From NCBI GenBank assembly GCA_964457625.1, contig CAYWES010000001.1, forward strand, positions 83,725-144,523: a stretch of DNA of 60,799 nucleotides, read 5' to 3'. The position numbers were made by a program, and so were the translations under genes. Numbering within the stretch: the stretch's first letter is position 1; each line of letters opens with the position of its first letter. Source of the DNA: an uncultured Candidatus Saccharibacteria bacterium. Its GTDB lineage: Bacteria; Patescibacteriota; Minisyncoccia; Phycocordibacterales; UBA1550. Under the pieces are notes generated by a model. That model was not told where the DNA came from. It searched no databases and saw only the letters and a list, made by a program, of their open reading frames with translations. Shown one piece after another: positions 55,828 to 60,799 of this stretch.

Positions 55828-56337
55828 CTAGGTTTCGCTTCCACAAACACCGAGTGTCTCGCGTGCAAGCATTGCTTGTTTCCTCTCAATACCCCAGTGG
55901 TATCCCCCAAGACCTCCATCTTTTCTCACCACACGATGACATGGGACAAGATACGCCACGGGGTTTTGTCCCACTGCGCTCGCCACGGCACGCACCGCTT
56001 TCGGCTTCCCTATCCGACGTGCAAGTTCTTCATAGGTGACAGTCTCTCCCTTTTGTATATTCTGAAGCTCGTGCCACACGTCTTTTTGAAATGGAGTCCC
56101 TTCAAGCACGATTGATATATCCTTTTGGGCATTATCACAAATATACGCACGTACATCGTCATGCACCCTTTCGTTCAAGCATGTAATCGTAGCGCCCTCC
56201 TTAGAAAAGCGGTCGGAAAATTCTCTCACAAGCTCTTCCTCGGTGTCACCAAAGAGCACACTGGAGACCACGCCACCCTCACTTCCCACGAGACAGAGCC
56301 CAAAAGGGGTTTCAAAAATACTATAAGAAAAATTCAT
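55828..56337 (-). CDS. ogt: Methylated-DNA--protein-cysteine methyltransferase
   Basis: Active site LVPCHRVV and an HTH (TYEELARRIG). The start at 56337 (MNFSYSIFETPFG) is supported by TGgTATAGT 6 nt upstream. Confidence 0.9.
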   Translation of the reverse strand: MNFSYSIFETPFGLCLVGSEGGVVSSVLFGDTEEELVREFSDRFSKEGATITCLNERVHDDVRAYICDNAQKDISIVLEGTPFQKDVWHELQNIQKGETVTYEELARRIGKPKAVRAVASAVGQNPVAYLVPCHRVVRKDGGLGGYHWGIERKQAMLARETLGVCGSET

Positions 56338-56343
56338 GCCATC

Positions 56344-56352
56344 ACTATACCA
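56344..56352 (-). promoter_or_regulatory. Extended -10 box TGgTATAGT (minus strand), 6 nt upstream of the ogt ATG at 56337
   Basis: Read from the reverse complement. It abuts the divergent plus-strand box. Confidence 0.5.
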
Positions 56353-56361
56353 TGATATACT
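56353..56361 (+). promoter_or_regulatory. Extended -10 box TGaTATACT, 7 nt upstream of the ATG at 56369
   Basis: Read directly from the sequence. It lies back-to-back with the ogt box inside a 31-nt spacer. Confidence 0.5.
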
Positions 56362-56368
56362 GAAGGTT

Positions 56369-57493
56369 ATGCATACCTTACGATACATCCTTATCGCAAT
56401 CTTTGCCCTACTCATTATTGGATATTTTGCAGTCACATATTATACATCACATCGGATAGACGATATCCCAAGCTCAACCTTTACCGCTCCTGACCAAGAG
56501 GAGAGAGAATCCACCGAACCTCCCTCAATATCCGTCTATGCAACAAACCGCCAGATAATTTGGGCGATGGACTTTCTTCCCGATGGGCGAATGATTTTCA
56601 CAGAGCGAGGAGGTGCTGTACACCTGATTGAAAGCGACGGGACAGTGACACCCCTCGGCACATTTGACGTGCGGACCGTGAGCGAGAGCGGCCTTCATGG
56701 CGTTGCCATTGATCCCGATTTTGCGCGCAATAATTTTGTTTACTTTTACTACACCTATCGTGCAATGGGAAATGAGACACAAAATCGCGTCGTACGGACG
56801 ATTCTTGAAGACAACATCCTCTCTCATGAGGTGGTCATCGTAGATGGCATCCCCGGGGCATCTACCCATGATGGCGGAAGAATCAAGTTTGGACCCGACA
56901 AATACCTCTATATCACGACAGGCGACGCGCAAAATCCTTCTCAGTCTCAAGATCTTGATTCTCTCGCGGGGAAAATCCTCCGTGTCACCCGTGAAGGTGC
57001 TCCAGCTCCGGGGAATTCTCTTGGAACCCTTGTGTACTCCTACGGCCACCGAAATCCTCAGGGAATCACCTGGGATGATAAAGGGCGACTTTGGGCGACA
57101 GAACACGGCCCCTCAGCACACGACGAGCTCAACCTCATTGAATCGGGTAAAAATTATGGATGGCCGTTTATCCAAGGCAATGAACAGGAAGAAGGTATGG
57201 AGACCCCTATCCTACACTCAGGCACTACCACATGGGCTCCCGCAGGAGCACAATTCTTAGACGGCACTATCTTTTTCACAGGTCTTCGCGGATCGGCGCT
57301 CTATGCGTACGATATTGAGACAGACACTCTCACCACCTATCTCAAGGATAAGCTCGGCAGAATTCGTGATGTCGTCGTAGGACCTGACGGCTTTCTCTAT
57401 ATCGCGACGAGTAATCGCGACGGTCGCGGTATTCCCGGACGCCAAGACGACCGCATATTTCGTATCAACCCCTCAAAACTCTCAGAGCTTTAA
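56369..57493 (+). CDS. PQQ-dependent sugar (glucose/sorbosone) dehydrogenase-like beta-propeller, membrane anchored
   Basis: GLHGVAIDPDF, HDGGRI.FGPD, YSYGHRNPQGITWD and WATEHGP motifs typical of the sGDH/sorbosone dehydrogenase family. I prefer the start at 56369 (MHTLRYILIAIF). Confidence 0.85.
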   Translation: MHTLRYILIAIFALLIIGYFAVTYYTSHRIDDIPSSTFTAPDQEERESTEPPSISVYATNRQIIWAMDFLPDGRMIFTERGGAVHLIESDGTVTPLGTFDVRTVSESGLHGVAIDPDFARNNFVYFYYTYRAMGNETQNRVVRTILEDNILSHEVVIVDGIPGASTHDGGRIKFGPDKYLYITTGDAQNPSQSQDLDSLAGKILRVTREGAPAPGNSLGTLVYSYGHRNPQGITWDDKGRLWATEHGPSAHDELNLIESGKNYGWPFIQGNEQEEGMETPILHSGTTTWAPAGAQFLDGTIFFTGLRGSALYAYDIETDTLTTYLKDKLGRIRDVVVGPDGFLYIATSNRDGRGIPGRQDDRIFRINPSKLSEL

Positions 57494-57502
57494 GAGCGCG
57501 TA

Positions 57503-58975
57503 TCATCTATCCAGTTCCAGCACTTCGTCAATTCTAATCTGCTCAACGAATTCAGGCACGTGAGAGACGAGGATCATCGCGCCTTCGTATTGATCAAGCG
57601 CCTTTGCGATGACGGGCAAGTGACGAAAGTTGATATGATTTGTCGGCTCATCGAGAATGAGGAGTCCCGGTTTCTGGAGGACAAGCCGCGCAAATGCCAC
57701 CAACCCCTTTTGCCCTTCTGAGAGAGCGCCGATTTTTGTAGACATAAATTCTCCCGTAATCAAGAAATTTGCCGCGACGGCACGCATGCGTTCTTCGTCA
57801 AACTTTTTTTCCACGCCCATCATGACTCCCTTTAATGACTCGTACACACTATCGTCAAAATTGAGTGTTGAAAAATCCTGGCGATAATACCCGACAGAAA
57901 TATTTTCTTGCATCTTTGCATCAGGATTCTGACCGCTTGCAAGCGCCTCAAGCAAGGTCGACTTTCCAATTCCGTTTGGTCCTCTGAGCAAGAGATGGTG
58001 GTGCCTTCGAAGCTTCACGTTTACTGACTTACTCTTGAATGTTCCACCCTTCATCACGGAAACTTTTGAAATATCAATAATCACCCCCGTTAAATCCGAC
58101 TGACAGGGAATAGTAAACGCGCGGATAGGTTTGTCTTCTCTGCGAATATCAACCTTCTGGTCCTCCAAATCCACCGCGAGCTCACGCATACGCTTTGCGA
58201 CCGCGCGCAAGTTACCACCCTTCATGGCAAAGGCATTCGCCTGGTCCTTTTTAGCTTGAATCTCTTTTGAGAGGAGGGCGTTTTTACGATTTTCTCGCTC
58301 AATACGCGCCTTGATATCTTTCACCACGTCAAAGTAGTTTCCCGCATACTGTTCAACCTTTTTTGTAAAAATATCTAAATACAACACGCCGTCGGTAAAT
58401 GCGTTCAAAAATTCCGCATCATGAGAAATAACGATAACGGTCTTTTTATATGCAATCAAAAATTTCGTGAGATGTTCAATCCCCTCTTTGTCCAGATTAT
58501 TTGTCGGCTCGTCGAGGAGAAGAATATCGGGATTTTGAATCAACGCAGACGCCAAAAGCAGGCGTGCCTGTTGCCCACCGGAAAATGATTTTACAATGCG
58601 GTCATGCACGAGCTCGTGTCCCACGAGGTTTACCACTTCAAGCACCTCATCAATGCGCGGATCGATATCATACACAGGCTTATCAAAGCATTTGAGGAAA
58701 AATTCGCGTACGGTTAAATCCAGTTCGTTGCGTGGGATGACTTGGCGAGCGAGGGCAATCGTAGAGCCTTTATTGATGTGAATATCTCCGTCAGCAGCCT
58801 CACGAGTTCCTGTGATGAGACCAAAGAGCGTTGACTTCCCCGCCCCATTCTGCCCCATAATCGTTATTTTTGACCCCTTGCGTACCCCAAAGGATACCTC
58901 ATCGAGAATTGGCTTGTTCGTATTGTATTCAAAAGATATCTCGTCAAAGCGAATAATTGTCTCGTTTTTGCTCAT
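57503..58975 (-). CDS. ABC-F family ATPase (two tandem NBDs, no TM domain)
   Basis: Walker A GQNGAGKST and GPNGIGKST, two signature motifs (FSGGQQARL, LSEGQKGLV) and an inter-domain linker. Start at 58975 (MSKNETII). Confidence 0.9.
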   Translation of the reverse strand: MSKNETIIRFDEISFEYNTNKPILDEVSFGVRKGSKITIMGQNGAGKSTLFGLITGTREAADGDIHINKGSTIALARQVIPRNELDLTVREFFLKCFDKPVYDIDPRIDEVLEVVNLVGHELVHDRIVKSFSGGQQARLLLASALIQNPDILLLDEPTNNLDKEGIEHLTKFLIAYKKTVIVISHDAEFLNAFTDGVLYLDIFTKKVEQYAGNYFDVVKDIKARIERENRKNALLSKEIQAKKDQANAFAMKGGNLRAVAKRMRELAVDLEDQKVDIRREDKPIRAFTIPCQSDLTGVIIDISKVSVMKGGTFKSKSVNVKLRRHHHLLLRGPNGIGKSTLLEALASGQNPDAKMQENISVGYYRQDFSTLNFDDSVYESLKGVMMGVEKKFDEERMRAVAANFLITGEFMSTKIGALSEGQKGLVAFARLVLQKPGLLILDEPTNHINFRHLPVIAKALDQYEGAMILVSHVPEFVEQIRIDEVLELDR

Positions 58976-59059
58976 GAAGAATGCAGTGTAGCATACGCTA
59001 TTTACATTTTCAATGAAATGTATCAGAATGAGCTTGCTTTTGAGATACACAATATTTTT

Positions 59060-60304
59060 ATGTACGAAACTCTATGGGATGTGATTGTGGTAGGCGGAGG
59101 ACCGGCAGGAATGATGTCAGCAGGCAGAGCGGGAGAGCGCGGACTCAAGGTGCTCCTTATCGAAAAGAACGACACGCTCGGCAAAAAGCTTCTCATCACG
59201 GGTGGCGGTAGGTGTAATGTCACCAATGCGGAATTTGACACCCGCAAACTCCTTTCTAAATACAAAGATGCGGGGAAATTTCTCTTTTCTCCTTTTTCGG
59301 AATGGGGCGTGACCGAGACGCTTGAATTTTTCAATACCCATGGCATGGAGACAAAGGTAGAAAAAGAAGGGCGCGTATTCCCTGTTTCCAACAAGGCTCA
59401 ATCAGTATGGGATGTCTTAACTGAGAATCTCCAGAAACACCACGTAGAAATCCTCTCCAAGATAACCGTCACGGGGTTTGAAATACAAGATGGAAAAATC
59501 CTTGGCGTAAAAACCAAAAAAGGAGTCCTTCGTGCAAAAAATATCATCTTGGCAACGGGTGGGACGTCGCGACCCGAGACAGGCTCAACGGGAGAGGGAT
59601 TCACCTGGCTCAAAGAAATCGGGCATACCGTCACCCTCCCCGAGCCTTCACTTGTGCCCATTGCCGTCAAAGACTCTTGGGTCAAAAGAGTAGCAGGCGT
59701 AAGTTTCCCTGAAGCAAAAATTACCCTCATACAGAATGGACAGAAACAAGACGTGCATAAAGGAAAGATCCTTTTTACTCACGTAGGCCTCAGTGGCCCG
59801 GGAATTCTCAATATCAGCAAAGATATTGGAGAATTACTCAAGTATGGGGAGGTGAATCTTCTCATTGATATTCTCCCGACGCTTGATCACGCGGAGCTCA
59901 ACACAGCGCTTCAAACCCTCTTCAAAGAGTACTCCAACAAAAAATTCAAAAACGCGCTTTCAAAGCTCATTCCTCCTGCTTTTGCAGCAATCATTATTGA
60001 TCTCTCACATATTAACCCCGATACGCAGTGCAACAGCATCACCCGAGAAGAGCGCATGAACCTTATTGCCCTACTAAAAAATATTTCTCTAGAAGTGAAA
60101 TCTCTCCTCGGGAGCAACAAAGCCATCATCTCAAGCGGGGGCATTGCTCTCAACGAAGTTGACTTCAAAACAATGACTTCACGGAAATATCCAAACCTCT
60201 GCATCGTCGGAGACCTCCTCAACATCGACCGCCCTTCCGGTGGCTATAGCCTCCAAATCTGCTGGACCACCGGCTTCGTCGCAGGTAATTCTATTTCAAA
60301 ATAG
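59060..60304 (+). CDS. HI0933/YhiN-like FAD-dependent oxidoreductase
   Basis: DVIVVGGGPAGMM dinucleotide motif, GGGRCNVTN, and a C-terminal GGYSLQ..W.TG pattern. Start at 59060 (MYETLWD). Confidence 0.88.
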   Translation: MYETLWDVIVVGGGPAGMMSAGRAGERGLKVLLIEKNDTLGKKLLITGGGRCNVTNAEFDTRKLLSKYKDAGKFLFSPFSEWGVTETLEFFNTHGMETKVEKEGRVFPVSNKAQSVWDVLTENLQKHHVEILSKITVTGFEIQDGKILGVKTKKGVLRAKNIILATGGTSRPETGSTGEGFTWLKEIGHTVTLPEPSLVPIAVKDSWVKRVAGVSFPEAKITLIQNGQKQDVHKGKILFTHVGLSGPGILNISKDIGELLKYGEVNLLIDILPTLDHAELNTALQTLFKEYSNKKFKNALSKLIPPAFAAIIIDLSHINPDTQCNSITREERMNLIALLKNISLEVKSLLGSNKAIISSGGIALNEVDFKTMTSRKYPNLCIVGDLLNIDRPSGGYSLQICWTTGFVAGNSISK

Positions 60305-60513
60305 AATTACAATGAGGTCTTCAACGACGCCGAACAGAACACCGATTACAAAAAATTTAATCAGTCGATAGAGTACTTTTTATATAACATAATGGGTAAA
60401 GAGCCTCTCCTTTACCTTACTTGTGTGTAATTATGACTGCTCTTATTAAGCGAGATTCTCTATATCATAAACCTAAGCTTTATATTGAAGATATAAGTCT
60501 CTACCAACAGCCT

Positions 60514-60799
60514 CTACTTTGATTCTCTGATTAGAAAATCGAAATTAAAACTATCTTGATTTAGTGTAACCTTCATCCTTTCAATTAAAAGGTGATCAAG
60601 GGCCATTAGTCTAGTTATTTCTTGGTGTCTATTTGCTATCATTTCTGCACCCTGCACTAAACGTAATAATGCTTGTGGGTCAAGAATCTGGATTAAACAG
60701 TTTGTTTTATCATGAAAATCTTTTGTTAGGATTTGAGGGGTATCTGGAAATCCGTCTATTAAACTTAAGTCAGGAATTAAAATTATTACATGTCCCGAT
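60514..60799 (-). CDS. 3' end of an unidentified protein gene whose 5' part lies outside the window
   Basis: Hand translation of the reverse strand is open from the window edge to the TAG at 60514-60516: ..GHVIILIPDLSLIDGFPDTPQILTKDFHDKTNCLIQILDPQALLRLVQGAEMIANRHQEITRLMALDHLLIERMKVTLNQDSFNFDFLIRESK. AT-rich. It is absent from the ORF track because it has no long Met-initiated segment. Confidence 0.4.
   Translation of the reverse strand, partial: SGHVIILIPDLSLIDGFPDTPQILTKDFHDKTNCLIQILDPQALLRLVQGAEMIANRHQEITRLMALDHLLIERMKVTLNQDSFNFDFLIRESK

Noticed and set aside
60395-60416. Hairpin GGTAAAG-N8-CTTTACC downstream of the partial minus-strand gene, considered as a terminator feature.
   Set aside because: The stem is only 7 bp, and the trailing sequence on the minus strand (CATTATGTTATAT) is a poor U-tract. 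That is too weak to list as a feature.

Overview
This is a 60.8-kb, gene-dense chromosomal window with about 60 protein genes on both strands. It uses the standard genetic code: TGA acts as a stop, for example in the ftsW/murG ATGA overlap at 17486-17489.

Most of the content is housekeeping:
- Chaperones: dnaK (3' fragment) and dnaJ.
- Four aminoacyl-tRNA synthetases: trpS, an archaeal-type aspS, gltX and cysS.
- Chromosome and cell-wall genes: scpAB, and a minimal cell-wall block of DD-carboxypeptidase, mraY, ftsW and murG.
- Ribosomal proteins L27, L9 and L21.
- DNA replication and repair: dnaB, recR, rmuC, a contiguous uvrB-uvrA-uvrC operon, a base-excision repair operon (MutY-like, nth, DEDD exonuclease), ogt and rarA.
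- Others: tgt, malic enzyme, a P-type ATPase, bcp and an ABC-F ATPase.

The compact, domain-trimmed repair proteins, the archaeal-type AspRS and the many membrane-anchored proteins of unknown function suggest a small-genome bacterium of the Candidate Phyla Radiation / Patescibacteria type. That placement is inference only.

I recognised no rRNA, tRNA, CRISPR array, transposase or integrase.

Parts worth a second look:
1. A clearly AT-richer four-gene cassette at 23043-26262 (SDR epimerase, histidine phosphatase, NUDIX, ATP-grasp). Next to it are a NucS-like PD-(D/E)XK protein and an unannotated 57-aa hydrophobic ORF.
2. A cluster at 4269-10550 of alpha/beta hydrolase, PlsC, methyltransferase and a FeeM/LuxI-like acyltransferase, followed directly by two tandem multi-TM histidine kinases with no response regulator.
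3. An orphan near-consensus promoter driving a roughly 235-nt structured RNA that ends in a 24-bp terminator (34916-35186).
4. A window-wide pattern in which an extended -10 box sits 6-8 nt upstream of the ATG, which predicts leaderless mRNAs. Strong Shine-Dalgarno sites occur almost only on accessory or orphan genes.
5. Repair enzymes lacking canonical domains or Fe-S ligands.
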